A program made the position numbers and the translations under genes. A stretch of DNA of 64,000 bases from an uncultured Nitrososphaerota archaeon (lineage in GTDB: Archaea > Thermoproteota > Nitrososphaeria > Nitrososphaerales > Gagatemarchaeaceae), in NCBI GenBank assembly GCA_963703285.1, contig OY969807.1, positions 1,952,001 through 2,016,000 of the forward strand, in the 5' to 3' direction. The notes under the pieces are model-generated. The model worked only from the letters and a program-made list of their open reading frames with translations, made no database searches and had not been told where the DNA came from. Shown in pieces: positions 1-10,008 of the stretch; position 1 is the stretch's first letter; every line of letters starts with the position of its first letter.

Positions 1-551
1 CATCGAAGCGGCGCCGCCTGATGCATTCCCTGCCGGGTAGGCGTTTCCTCCGATGTTGAAGGTCCCGCTCACGGTCGGCTGGCCTCGAGACATGGTTCAA
101 CATCTCTGACGCCCGGTCTGAATAGATTCAGAGGCGCTCTGGATTAATTCGCTGTAGAGAATTCAAATCCGTCTAACGGAAGTACACTCGCCGAAGCTCA
201 CCGGCCCCACCACAGGCCCCGAACTCGCACTAGGTGAATCTCCTAGATGAGCGCCCTGGCCGGGAATTTCGTCGATGTGACTCGATTTCGAACCCGGGTC
301 ATCGCGGCTCCACGGAGAAGAGGATGCCTCGTCTCCTTGACAGCGCGACATACTGGGCCTCTATACTACCAGGGCTGCTCACACCCACGAAAGTTGTCCG
401 TATTAAAGGCTAAACTCGCACTTGATGACTGGCGGTCGGATGGGTCCCGACTCCCACCGCCGACGGCGGACACCAAATTCACGTGGAGCCATATTCTTCA
501 CTTGTACTAACCTTATCTTTCGGGAGACCGGAAATCAGGTAGGCGTCGAAG

Positions 552-1100
552 GTGAATCCTCTGTCAGAGTCGGGCGCGGCGAGCCTCACATGGGAGGAAA
601 GGGGGAAACTGGAGTACCAACTGATGGCTGGGGACAAGGTGGTGGCGAAGCTAAGGCGAGCGAAGGGCCGTCAAAGACTCGCAACCGGAGAATCCGGGGA
701 GGGCACCTGGACCTTCAAGAGTAGGGATTCTCTTCCGCCCAGAATCACGGTTCACGCGCCAAGTTCGACGGTTAGCTCCGCGACGCTGACCATGGGGTGG
801 AGGGGAAAGGGCGTGATCGTCTTACCGAGCGGACGGACGTTCCGCCTGGCCCCGAAGGGCTTCTGGCGCTCCGAGTGGATCCTAGCCGACCGCGACCAGA
901 ACAGGCTGCTGTCAACGAGGCCCAACTCCGCCTGGGGAAGCGTCGGAGCGTCCGTCGAGGTGGAAAATGGCGCCCTAGCTCTCCCAGAGCTGCCTCTCCT
1001 TGCGATCCTGTGCTGGTACGCCATCCTCCAGGTGTCCTACGAAAGCAGCGAGAAGGACAGCGCAGTGGCCGCATCGATGGTTGCGAGCGGGGCGAACTAG
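552..1100 (+). CDS. hypothetical protein (beta-rich with C-terminal hydrophobic helix; possible LURP-one/tubby-like fold)
   Basis: 182-aa ORF with GTG start and a TATA-like CTTATCT near 511-517. Many short beta-strand-like segments end in the helix LPLLAILCWYAIL. The fold is inference. Confidence 0.6.
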   Translation: MNPLSESGAASLTWEERGKLEYQLMAGDKVVAKLRRAKGRQRLATGESGEGTWTFKSRDSLPPRITVHAPSSTVSSATLTMGWRGKGVIVLPSGRTFRLAPKGFWRSEWILADRDQNRLLSTRPNSAWGSVGASVEVENGALALPELPLLAILCWYAILQVSYESSEKDSAVAASMVASGAN

Positions 1101-1238
1101 ACCGCCCATCTTCCCCGTGACCTGCGAACTGTAACAATCGCACAATCAACTCGCCCGAGCCCCGAGTCGGTCCGTCTTGGACCGCGATGATGCGAACAGA
1201 TCGCGGCAGACAACCTGACGAGGAAGTCTGGTGATGTG

Positions 1239-1766
1239 TCAGACCGTCGCCGGGGGGCCGGCGGGAATCGCCGTGTCCAGTTCTTCCTCCGTCTCGCCTG
1301 CGTGCGTGATGTCTTTCCAGAACAGGAAGTACGTGACTATGACGAAGTCGATGAGGATGGCGAAGTGCATGATCGTACAGTAGACGCAGATCGCCTTCAG
1401 CACGAAGAACTCGATCGTAACGAGGTAGGGCACGATCACGAGGCCGAGGAACCTCCAGACGAAGAGGACGTTGAACGCCCTCTTGAAGAGCGATTCGCTC
1501 CCGAACGCCACCGCGAAGACTAGCGCCAGGTTGACGAAGAAGTACGCTATCGCCAGAAGGTCCAGGTTGATGCCGAACACCTTGTTGTAATGGCTAGACA
1601 GCACCGTGTTGCAGTCGACGGCGACGCCGAGGATCTTGTACGGCAAAACGCAATCGGGTAACGTCTGGTGCAGCGTGTCGTAGATGTAGAAGACGAACGA
1701 GGAAGCCGCTATGCCGACCAGCGACATCACGATTAGGACTAGGAACTTGCCGCGGCTGATTCTCAT
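1239..1766 (-). CDS. vitamin K epoxide reductase (VKOR) family disulfide-formation protein
   Basis: Four TM helices, loop cysteines (DCVLP...VDCNTVLSSHYNKVFG) and redox CXXC (ICVYC, 1377-1388). Start placed at ATG 1766. Confidence 0.9.
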   Translation of the reverse strand: MRISRGKFLVLIVMSLVGIAASSFVFYIYDTLHQTLPDCVLPYKILGVAVDCNTVLSSHYNKVFGINLDLLAIAYFFVNLALVFAVAFGSESLFKRAFNVLFVWRFLGLVIVPYLVTIEFFVLKAICVYCTIMHFAILIDFVIVTYFLFWKDITHAGETEEELDTAIPAGPPATV

Positions 1767-1915
1767 CTTCCAGGCTCCCGGACGACCCGGGTCCAAATGG
1801 CCCGCTTATATGGGAGTGCGTGCGGAATCGCTCTCTGGCCCTCAGGCGTCGGTTCTCAAAAATGAGAAAGGGGCGTCATCCTTAAGAGAAGCTAGAAGTG
1901 CCGCTGCGCGCGTCG

Positions 1916-2392
1916 ATGAGCACCGGCGCATACTTGGTCTATGCCACCGTCGTCTCGATCTTTGCCGTCTTCATCTGGGGCGCTTTTCTCTCCGCGAGCG
2001 GCTACGGCGCCGCGTGCGGTCTCGGTGGCTCCTTCATAAGCAGCAGCTGGCCGTTCTGCAACGGAAGCCTCGGATTTCCTTCAAGCTGGCCCGCGCAGGT
2101 GGAGTACATACACAGGTCGCTCAGCGTCCTGGCCACGGTCCTCTTGCTGGGCAGCAACTTGGCGGTCTGGCGCATGAAGCCCAGGCCCATCGCAACAGCC
2201 CGCATCCTGCTTCTGGCCCTCGCACTGCTCGGCGTCGAGATGGTTCTGGGCGGGATAGTAATCCATACGAACCTCAACGTCGCGATCGGGACGCTCAGCC
2301 TGACCACGGCGACGACCGTCCTCGCGCTCCTGGTAGTGGCAGGAGACCGCATGTACATGCTCGAGAGGAAAATCCCAGTAATCGCACCCTAG
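1916..2392 (+). CDS. ctaA: short single-domain heme A synthase (COX15/CtaA family)-like protein
   Basis: G-x-A-C...WPFCNG loop with two Cys, EYIHR motif and four TM helices, i.e. half-size CtaA architecture. Confidence 0.75.
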   Translation: MSTGAYLVYATVVSIFAVFIWGAFLSASGYGAACGLGGSFISSSWPFCNGSLGFPSSWPAQVEYIHRSLSVLATVLLLGSNLAVWRMKPRPIATARILLLALALLGVEMVLGGIVIHTNLNVAIGTLSLTTATTVLALLVVAGDRMYMLERKIPVIAP

Positions 2393-2434
2393 GACCGGAC
2401 GGCGTTCTCGCGCTGGAGGTAAGCAGGAAGGTCG

Positions 2435-3516
2435 CTAGCCGTCGGAGATGATGACGGCGGAGATGCCCGTGTTGACCACAAAGAGCTCGCCCATGGCCGG
2501 ATCGTAGGAGATTCCGAGGGGCGTCACCCCCACCGTCACGTTCGCGGTGATTGTGTTCGTGCTGGCGGAGACCACCGATACGGTATCGCTACCGTAGTTC
2601 GAGACAAACACCTCACCCGTGCCGGAGTCATATGCTATTCCAAACGGGAGGCTGAACCCGGCTATGGTCGCCACCACCTCGTTCGTGCTGTCGGATATCA
2701 CCGAGACGGTGCCGGACTCGAAGTTCGCGGAAAAGACCTCGCCCTTCGCAGTGTCGTAGGCGATGCCATAGGGCGCGTCCCCGACCGTCACGTTCGCGAT
2801 GACCGCGTTAGTGCTGTCGGATATGACGGAGACCGTGTTGGCGTAGGGTGCGGTGCGCCAATGGCTGACGCCAACGAAGACCTCGCCCATCGTCGAGTCG
2901 TAGGCCAAGTAGATCGGCTCGCTTCCCACCCTTATCGTCGCGACGACGGCGTCGGTCTTGTCCGAGATGACGGAGACGGTGTTGTTGTCAGAATTGGCGA
3001 CGTACACCTCGCCCTTGGCAGTGTCGTAGGCGAGACCCAGGGGGCCAACTCCTACGGGCACGGTTGCAACGACGGCATTGCTGACGTCCGATATCACTGA
3101 GACGGTGTCGGAGGCCTGGTTTGCCACAAACACCTCGCCCGGGCAGAATCGTAGACCGCGCCATAGGGATCACCACCCACGTTCACGGTCGCTACCACCT
3201 CGTCGGTAGTGTCGGATATGACGGAGACCGAGGAGGCGCCATAGTGCGTCACAAAGACCTCCCCTTTGGACGAGTCGTAGGCGGCATTGTAGGAGAACCC
3301 TCCGTCTGCCGCTGTTGTCAGCGCGAAGGACTGGGAAGCCGACGTGCTCGACGAGGTCGAGGTCTGACTCGTGGTGCTGGAAGGGGCGCTCGACCTTGCC
3401 AGGTCGTTCACGGCGTAGTAGGTGGTGGTTGTGGTGCTCACCGTGACCAGGATCACGATAATGATGAGCATCGAGCTGGTCGTCATGTACGGAGTGGACG
3501 AGCGGTCCTTCGACAT
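2435..3516 (-). CDS. membrane-anchored 7-bladed YVTN beta-propeller surface protein (frameshift at about 3138-3140)
   Basis: N-terminal TM and Ser/Thr linker, then seven ~42-aa repeats (P-x-G-x-AYD...GEVFV-x-N...TVSVISD). One extra G in GCC CGG G[G]C GAG joins ORFs 3094-3546 and 2435-3133. Confidence 0.85.
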
Positions 3517-3660
3517 GATTGTGTCTAATTCCGTTCCCGGGAGCACCGCCCGACCCCTGTTTATGAGACTTTAGCCGGAGACGCCAAGGTCGACCAATCG
3601 GCCGTCCGGGCTTCGACCATGCGATGCGCTCCGCACTCGCGAGGTGAAGGCTCCTCAGTC

Positions 3661-3668
3661 TTATATAA
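3661..3668 (+). promoter_or_regulatory. TATA box
   Basis: TTATATAA starts 30 nt upstream of ATG 3691, leaderless archaeal spacing. Confidence 0.7.
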
Positions 3669-3690
3669 TGCCGTCGAAGCCGCTCGTCTC

Positions 3691-4164
3691 ATGCCATCCT
3701 TGGAAAAGGGTATCGAGATTGCCGCGCCGCCGGAAGTCGTCTGGAGCATCGTTGCTGATCCCTCCTTCGTGCCGAAGACGTACCCCCACGTCATCTCGGT
3801 AAGCCCAGGTCACTCGCGCATCGCGACCGTAGGGAAGAGCGTGACGATCACGGCTAAGATTGCGGGTAGGAAGATGCAGGCCTCGCTTGTGGCGACCGAA
3901 GTGATCCCTAACGCGAAGTTCTCCTACAAGCATCTTCCAGACGGGTTCCTAGACAAGTACCTGTGTTCCATAGTCCTCGCGCCTTCGAAGAAGGGCACCA
4001 AGTTGACCGAGAGCGTCGAATATGAGGCGCACCCGGGTTATCTCGGCAAGACCGTCAGCGCCCTCGTGGTGCACAGAATCGTCAGGCAGAACGTCCTCGA
4101 GAGTCTGAAGAACGTGAAGGAGATTGCAGAACTCGAGGAGGCACCACCACCCAGGAAGGCCTGA
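3691..4164 (+). CDS. SRPBCC/polyketide cyclase family protein
   Basis: IEIAAPPEVVWSIVADP N-terminus and C-terminal helix ending ESLKNVKEIAE. Confidence 0.85.
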   Translation: MPSLEKGIEIAAPPEVVWSIVADPSFVPKTYPHVISVSPGHSRIATVGKSVTITAKIAGRKMQASLVATEVIPNAKFSYKHLPDGFLDKYLCSIVLAPSKKGTKLTESVEYEAHPGYLGKTVSALVVHRIVRQNVLESLKNVKEIAELEEAPPPRKA

Positions 4165-4340
4165 ATCTCCCACTCCAGTCGTCAATCCAACCGTCTGGGC
4201 GCGAGCCTCCCGTCCTAGCCCATGTGCGGGGGATCGCCCGGTCCCTTCCACTGATTGGCGAGAGCGCATTTGCAAGGTTCTTAAATGAGAATCCGTCGCG
4301 CAGGTCCAAGGCGACTCTGCATGGTCAGGTTAGAGCGGGT

Positions 4341-5636
4341 TTGAGAGGTTTCCTCGGCGAGCTGGACGAGACGGGAGACCTGAGGCACGTAAGGCGGGAG
4401 GTTTCGGCACGTTACGAGATTGCCGCGGTTGCGCACAAGCTCGATGCACAGCCGCTCCTCTTCGAGAGCGTCAGGGAGTCCAAGGATTACAGGGTGGCGA
4501 TAGGCGTCTGCGGCAGCAGGGCTCTGCTGGCGAGAGCCCTGGGCGTGCCACAGGATCACCTCCTCACAAGGGTCTTGGAGTCGATCGAGAACCCCAAGCC
4601 CTTCAGGACCTCGGACCAGGCACCCTGCCAGGAGGTGGTCGAGGACGACGTCGACCTGCGGAGGGTACCCATACTCACCCACTGCGAGCGGGACGGAGGC
4701 TCCTACACCACGGCCAGCATCGTGGTCGCGAGGGACGCGGAGTTCGGCCTCAACGCCAGCTACCACAGGATGATGGTGATAGGCAAGGACCGCGTAGCGG
4801 CGAGGATCCTGCCCCGGCACCTCGACGAGTTCGTGAAGAGGGGCAACAGGGAGATAGCCATCTCGTTCGGAAACCACCCCGCCTTCCTCTTCGCCGCCGC
4901 GGTCTCCTGCGAGATCGGGAAGAGCGAGCTCGAGATAGCCAACGCGCTAAAGGAGATGACCTTCGCCAGTTGCACGACGAACGACGCTATGGTGCCGGCC
5001 GGCTGCGAGCTCGTGCTGGAGGGGACCATCACGGACGAGATGGTCGACGAGGGTCCCTTCCCCGACATCACGGGCGCCTATGACATCGTCAGGAAGCAGC
5101 GGGTGATCAGGATCAACCGGATAACGCGCAGGAGGGACCCCATCTACCAGGGCATCCTGCCGGGAGCCTCGGAGCACAGGATACTCATGGGCATGCCCCG
5201 CGAGGCGACAATGTTCAGGGAGATCAGCAAGGTCTGCTCCTGCCTGGACGTCCGCCTGACCGCGGGCGGCTCCTCGTGGCTGCACGCCGTCATCAGGATA
5301 AGGAAGGAGAGGGAGGACGACCCGAGGGACGCGCTCGAGGCCGCGTTTCGGGGCCACCCTAGCCTGAAGCACGCCGTCGTCGTGGACGAGGACGTAGACA
5401 TAGACGACCCGAACGCTGTGGAGTGGGCGATCTCCACCAGGGCCCAGCTCGACAGGGGCCTGGTCCTGAAGCCGGACCAGCTCGGCTCGTCCCTCGACCC
5501 TTCCGCGGACCAGGTCACGAGGAAGACCTGCAAGGCGGGCCTGGACGCCACCATCCCCTTCGGGGCGTCGAGGGACCCGTTCGTGAGGGCCAGGATCCCG
5601 CTGGAAGACGGCCTGAGGGTGGAAGACTACCTCTAG
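4341..5636 (+). CDS. UbiD-family prFMN decarboxylase, probable anhydromevalonate phosphate decarboxylase
   Basis: LRGFL start, EGPFPDITGAY, VVVDEDVDIDDPNAVEWAISTR, SSLDPS and K-x-GLDAT motifs. Directly upstream of both AcnX subunits. TTG start inferred. Confidence 0.88.
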   Translation: MRGFLGELDETGDLRHVRREVSARYEIAAVAHKLDAQPLLFESVRESKDYRVAIGVCGSRALLARALGVPQDHLLTRVLESIENPKPFRTSDQAPCQEVVEDDVDLRRVPILTHCERDGGSYTTASIVVARDAEFGLNASYHRMMVIGKDRVAARILPRHLDEFVKRGNREIAISFGNHPAFLFAAAVSCEIGKSELEIANALKEMTFASCTTNDAMVPAGCELVLEGTITDEMVDEGPFPDITGAYDIVRKQRVIRINRITRRRDPIYQGILPGASEHRILMGMPREATMFREISKVCSCLDVRLTAGGSSWLHAVIRIRKEREDDPRDALEAAFRGHPSLKHAVVVDEDVDIDDPNAVEWAISTRAQLDRGLVLKPDQLGSSLDPSADQVTRKTCKAGLDATIPFGASRDPFVRARIPLEDGLRVEDYL

Positions 5637-5639
5637 GTG

Positions 5640-6830
5640 ATGGGGATGCGCCTCACACTAGAGGAGAAGGAGATGCTCTCCGGCCGGGACGGTCGCGCCG
5701 CAAAGAAGAGCATGGAGATTCTGGTCGCGCTGGGGGAGATCTACGGGGCGAAGAGGCTCATCCCCGTCTCGAGCGTCCAGGTCTCGGGCGTCTCCTACAA
5801 GAACCTGGGGGACGCGGGCATAGAGTTCGTGAGGGAGCTGGCCGAGGACGGCAGGGCCCGGGTCAGGACCGCGCTGAACCCCGCCGGGATGGACCTCACC
5901 AACTGGAGGCTCCTGGGAATCGATAGCGACTTCGCCAGCAAGCAGCTCGAGGTGATCGACGCTTACCAGAGGCTCGGGATCGAGATCTCGTGTACCTGCA
6001 CCCCATACCTCGCGGGAAACGAGCCCCGTCTGGGGGAGCACATCGCCTGGGGCGAAAGCTCGGCCGTCGTCTACGCCAACTCGGTCCTGGGCGCAAGGAC
6101 GAACAGGGAGGGGGGTCCGAGCGCACTCGCGGCGAGCATCACCGGAAGGACGCCACTCTACGGGTACCACCTCGACGAGAACAGGGTCGCTACTCTGGTC
6201 GTTGACGTATCCGCGGCCCTCCGTTCGGCGGAGGACTTCTCGGCGATGGGGTACTTCGTCGGCAAGGCTGTCAAGAACGGGGTCCCCTTCTTCCGCGGGA
6301 TAGCTGCGGCCGACCTCGAGGAGTCCAAGGAGCTCTCCGCAGCCCTCGCGAGCTCTGGCGGGGTCGCGATGTTCCACATGGCGAGGGTCACGCCGGAGGC
6401 GTGGGAACCGCCCGAGCGGACCGAGACCATCTCCTTCGGACGGCGGGATCTCGAGGAGACGACGGCCGGTCTGAACGACGAGGGCGACCCGGACTTCGTC
6501 TCGGTAGGGTGTCCCCACTGCTCGCTCGATGAGATAAAGACCATCGCCGCCCTGCTCAGAGGAAAGAAGGTCACCCGTGAGTTCTGGGTGTGCTGCAGCA
6601 GGCAGGTCAAGCACAGGAGCGATGAGTTGGGCTACTCCAAGGTGATCGAGGGGAGCGGGGCGAAGTTCGCCTGCGACACCTGCATGGTCGTGGCCCCGAT
6701 AGAGACGATGGGGTTCAGGGTTGTCGCGACGAACTCGGCCAAGGCCTGCCACTACCTCAGGAACAGCGGGTTCCGGGTGCGGTTCCTCACCCTCCGCAAC
6801 TGCGTCCTGGAGGCGACGAAGTCCGGTTGA
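5640..6830 (+). CDS. aconitase X large subunit (phosphomevalonate dehydratase large subunit)
   Basis: GVSYKNLGD, TALNP, CTCTPY, AWGESSA, GARTNREGG, GCPHCS, DTCMVV and TNSAKACHY motifs. Confidence 0.92.
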   Translation: MGMRLTLEEKEMLSGRDGRAAKKSMEILVALGEIYGAKRLIPVSSVQVSGVSYKNLGDAGIEFVRELAEDGRARVRTALNPAGMDLTNWRLLGIDSDFASKQLEVIDAYQRLGIEISCTCTPYLAGNEPRLGEHIAWGESSAVVYANSVLGARTNREGGPSALAASITGRTPLYGYHLDENRVATLVVDVSAALRSAEDFSAMGYFVGKAVKNGVPFFRGIAAADLEESKELSAALASSGGVAMFHMARVTPEAWEPPERTETISFGRRDLEETTAGLNDEGDPDFVSVGCPHCSLDEIKTIAALLRGKKVTREFWVCCSRQVKHRSDELGYSKVIEGSGAKFACDTCMVVAPIETMGFRVVATNSAKACHYLRNSGFRVRFLTLRNCVLEATKSG

Positions 6831-7207
6831 GGCTCAGGGGGAGGGTCATCTGCCGGGGCGAGGCGGAGGGAGACGCGCTCGTCACGTCGCAGCCGATATC
6901 CTTCTACGGAGGAGTGGATCCGACCTCGGGCGAGGTCATCGAGCGGGGCCACGAGCTCAAGGGCGAGTGCGTGAAGGGCAGGGTGCTCGTCTTCCCATAC
7001 GGCAAGGGCTCCACCGTGGGCTCCTACATCCTCTACAGGCTCAGCAAGGCGGGGGCCGCGCCCTCGGCGATCATAAACCAGAAGTGCGAGCCGATAGTCG
7101 CGGTCGGCGCGATAATCTCGGAGATACCCTGCGTCGACATGGTCGAAATCGCCAAGATAGGGCGAGACGCGCGGCTCCGTGTGAACGGACCAACCATACA
7201 ATTCTGA
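6827..7207 (+). CDS. aconitase X small (swivel, DUF126) subunit (phosphomevalonate dehydratase small subunit)
   Basis: ISFYGGVDP-x-SG, GKGSTVGSY and IVAVGAIISEIP motifs. TTGA overlap with the large subunit. Confidence 0.92.
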   Translation: MRLRGRVICRGEAEGDALVTSQPISFYGGVDPTSGEVIERGHELKGECVKGRVLVFPYGKGSTVGSYILYRLSKAGAAPSAIINQKCEPIVAVGAIISEIPCVDMVEIAKIGRDARLRVNGPTIQF

Positions 7208-7221
7208 ACGGCGGGTGGTGT

Positions 7222-7797
7222 CTAAGCAGGCGCGCTGGGCGGCGGCCCGTTCCATCTCGGGGCGAGACCATGGGAGACGCCGAGCACGTCGAAGACCTTC
7301 CCGACCACGTGGTTCACCAGGTCGTCGACGGTCTTGGGCCTGTTGTGGAAGGCAGGCATCGCTGGCAATACCGTGGCTCCAGCGCGCGCGACTCTGACCA
7401 TGTTCTCCATGTCTATCAGCGAGAGCGGTGTCTCCCTCACCACGAGCACTAGGGGACGCCTCTCCTTCATCGTCACCTCGGCCGCCCTCAGGAGAAGGTT
7501 GTCGGCGTAGCCGCTTGCCACGCCGCCCAGCGTCTTCATGCTGCACGGAATCACGACCATCCCATCGGCGCGGAAGGAACCGCTCGAGATCCTCGCTGTC
7601 GGATCGTCTATCCTGTAGGTCTCCGTGGCCAGCCTCTCCACGTCGGCTGCGCTGAGGTCCGTCTCTATGAGTATCGTCTCGCGCGCGGCGTTCGTCAGGA
7701 CGAGATGCGTCTCGACTTTCGCGTTCTTCAGCGCCTCTAGGGCCCTAATCCCGTATACGGCGCCACTCGCCCCCGAGATCCCCACTACGAGACGCAC
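7222..7797 (-). CDS. ubiX: UbiX flavin prenyltransferase
   Basis: VVGISGASG, ISSGSF, PCSMKT, RAAEV-x-MKERR, RETP and PAMPAFH motifs. Confidence 0.93.
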   Translation of the reverse strand: MRLVVGISGASGAVYGIRALEALKNAKVETHLVLTNAARETILIETDLSAADVERLATETYRIDDPTARISSGSFRADGMVVIPCSMKTLGGVASGYADNLLLRAAEVTMKERRPLVLVVRETPLSLIDMENMVRVARAGATVLPAMPAFHNRPKTVDDLVNHVVGKVFDVLGVSHGLAPRWNGPPPSAPA

Positions 7798-7934
7798 GCG
7801 AAGGTCATCGCCGGGCCTGCTTTTAAGGGAATGGCGCTGTGGTGGCTGTCCGGTCTAGTCACATCTCTATGTTCGATGCCCGAATAGGTCCGGTGAAATC
7901 GAGATAAGCGGTGATCGAGTGTCAACGAAATGTC

Positions 7935-8621
7935 ATGAAGAGAGCCCTCCTCATCGTGGACATGTCCAACGACTTCCTCCCGGAGAGCTTGGACAATGGC
8001 CTGGAGCTGGGGAGGGGAGCGGAGCTGGTCCCGCGCATAAGGCGTCTGGAGGAAACATTTCTGGCCTGCAGGCAGCCCGTAATCTACGTAACAGACAGGC
8101 ACCTGAAGGCAGATTTCGAGCTGGACAAGTGGGGCCCCCACTCGATGAAGGGCAAGGAGGGCTCGAGAATCGTCCAGGGCCTCGTCACCGACGGGATGCG
8201 AGTCCTTGAGAGGAGCTGGACGGCCGGAGACATCGAGGCGATTAAAGAGGGCGAGCTCCTCTTCGAGGTCGAGAAAGGGTCCTACAGCGGATTCACCGAC
8301 AACGGCGGGACGCCGACCGCCATGGACGGCCTCCTCAAGAAGCTCGGATTCGCAGCGGGGGACAAGCTCTGTGTAACGGGTGTCCACACAAACTGCTGCG
8401 TCAAGCAGGCGGCAGCGGACGCTTGGTTCAGGGGCTATGTCCCGGTGATTGTGAAGGACTGCGTGGACGCCTTCGAGGATCCAAACGGAAGGGTCGGGAT
8501 GGGCCAGGAAGCTGCCTTGGACTACATGAGGCACTGGTACGACGCAGAGATCAAGTCCTCGGAAGAGGTCGAAGCCGAGACAAGGGCGGGCGGACACACA
8601 GCTCCTTTGATTCCCCAGTAG
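7935..8621 (+). CDS. isochorismatase-family cysteine hydrolase (nicotinamidase-like)
   Basis: ALLIVDMSNDF (Asp), TDRH and WGPH metal ligands, EKGSYSGF (Lys) and GVHTNCCV (Cys). Confidence 0.85.
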   Translation: MKRALLIVDMSNDFLPESLDNGLELGRGAELVPRIRRLEETFLACRQPVIYVTDRHLKADFELDKWGPHSMKGKEGSRIVQGLVTDGMRVLERSWTAGDIEAIKEGELLFEVEKGSYSGFTDNGGTPTAMDGLLKKLGFAAGDKLCVTGVHTNCCVKQAAADAWFRGYVPVIVKDCVDAFEDPNGRVGMGQEAALDYMRHWYDAEIKSSEEVEAETRAGGHTAPLIPQ

Positions 8622-8622
8622 C

Positions 8623-9078
8623 CTACTTCTCTATCCACTCGGACTCGCCGTCCGCGTAGACTTCCTTCTTCCGTATGTGTCCCTCTGGTTTGAACCGACC
8701 CACCAGTTCCTCTAGCGCCGCGAACGTCTCGGGGCGAGCCTTTCCAGCCACAACGATGATTACGAGAACCTCCTTAGCCCGGAAGCTTCCCTCGTAATGA
8801 TAGATGACCGCGAGCTGCAGACCGAACCTCTTCTTCACATCCTCGCAAAGATTGCGAAACGCCCTGTCAGTACCCCTGCCCTCCGTCTCTATCAAGAGCT
8901 CCTTGATCTTCTTGTGGGCGAAACCCGAGGACTTCGTCAGCCCCACGTAGGTGGCCACAGCCCCAGTGCTCTCCTCCGAGGTCTTGAGAATCTCTGTAAT
9001 GATGTCAGCATAGCTCAGGGAATCTTTTCTGTACACGCCCGAGGTGGGAATCTTCGGCAGGATTCGGGCCTTTTGCAT
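8623..9078 (-). CDS. moaE: MoaE-like molybdopterin synthase catalytic subunit (divergent)
   Basis: GAVATYVG, IYH-x-EG, K-x4-IRKKE and C-terminal SEWI. Several MoaE residues are altered. Confidence 0.65.
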   Translation of the reverse strand: MQKARILPKIPTSGVYRKDSLSYADIITEILKTSEESTGAVATYVGLTKSSGFAHKKIKELLIETEGRGTDRAFRNLCEDVKKRFGLQLAVIYHYEGSFRAKEVLVIIVVAGKARPETFAALEELVGRFKPEGHIRKKEVYADGESEWIEK

Positions 9079-9228
9079 GTGTCAGCCCCGCCCCAAACCT
9101 TTGATATAGATTTCACCGAAGCCGTCTGGAGGGACCGACCCTGTGAAGGTGGTCCCCTTCTGCCGGCCGAAGTATTGGCAGTTCGAAGACCTTATCTGTA
9201 CCGGGGGCGTTTGACAAAGGGAATAGCA

Positions 9229-9483
9229 ATGAGCGAACCAATGAGACCTCCCACGGAGGAAGAACGCGCCCAGTTCATGAAGATGTTGAACGAGATGACG
9301 AAGGCCCGTCTGGAGATGTTCGGAGCCAACGCAGCCAAGTACGCCGAAGTCCTAGGAACCTTCAGAGCTGCCCTCCAGCAGTCCGGATTCTCAGCGGAGG
9401 AGTCGATGCAGATCGTCCTCAAGGTCGCGGAACAGCCGGGCGGCCGACCGTTCTTCGGCGGAAGACGCTGGAACAAGCGCTGA
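9229..9483 (+). CDS. small helical hypothetical protein (84 aa)
   Basis: ATG 9229 after a TATA-like CTTATCT near 9191. Amphipathic helices and an L-x-x-SGFS-x-EE motif. The upstream part of ORF 8797 is only the antisense of moaE. Confidence 0.65.
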   Translation: MSEPMRPPTEEERAQFMKMLNEMTKARLEMFGANAAKYAEVLGTFRAALQQSGFSAEESMQIVLKVAEQPGGRPFFGGRRWNKR

Positions 9484-9558
9484 AGGGTCTTCAGACCGAA
9501 AGGAGGGGCTCTTCGAGCGGGACCTCCTCCTGCCAAAGAGATGAGACGCGTCCCATGG

Positions 9559-9912
9559 TCAGCCAGGGCCTGAAAGACCCTCGATCGCCTCTTTCAGGAT
9601 CGACCTGTGACAGCGGGTCGGGTCCTTCTCGACGCAGAGGAGCGTAACCGTCCCCTTCTTTGACTCCTCCGAGAGCTGCCTGATGAGCCCCTCCTTCCCC
9701 CTGAGGCTCCTCCTGTACTCCTTCACCAGCTCCTCCCAGGTCAGCTGGCCTGACTTCCACCTCTTCATGGTCTCCTTGGGCGTCCCCAGCTCCTTCATCC
9801 AGACGTCGACCTTCTGCTTTGATATTCCGCGCGGCCAGAGCGTCATCACGAGCACCCTCTTCCCGTCGGAGGGCTCGGGAGGGTCGTAGACGGTCTTGGC
9901 TATCTTGATCAA
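9559..9912 (-). CDS. DUF488/YeaO family protein
   Basis: KTVYDP...DGKRVLV-x-x-LWPRGISK...VD-x-W-x-KEL and C-terminal CHRSILK. Confidence 0.85.
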   Translation of the reverse strand: MIKIAKTVYDPPEPSDGKRVLVMTLWPRGISKQKVDVWMKELGTPKETMKRWKSGQLTWEELVKEYRRSLRGKEGLIRQLSEESKKGTVTLLCVEKDPTRCHRSILKEAIEGLSGPG

Positions 9913-10008
9913 GGCAGGACACTTCCCTCCGTCCCGCTATATACGACCTCCCGAGCGACCGGTTCAGCGGAACGGTTTATTGGCGCCGCGTCCGTTGCCA
10001 CAAAGGAC

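Noticed and set aside
1-93. Possible 5' end of a minus-strand gene (MSRGQPTVSGTFNIGG...) running off the window
   Set aside because: Only 31 codons are visible and there is no recognisable motif.
117-132. Perfect inverted repeat TCTGAAT-AG-ATTCAGA
   Set aside because: Single occurrence with no U-tract or linked regulator, so no function can be assigned.
2435-3300. About 126-bp periodic DNA repeats, considered as CRISPR or tandem array
   Set aside because: They are the coding repeats of the YVTN propeller blades. There are no identical repeats with unique spacers and no cas genes.
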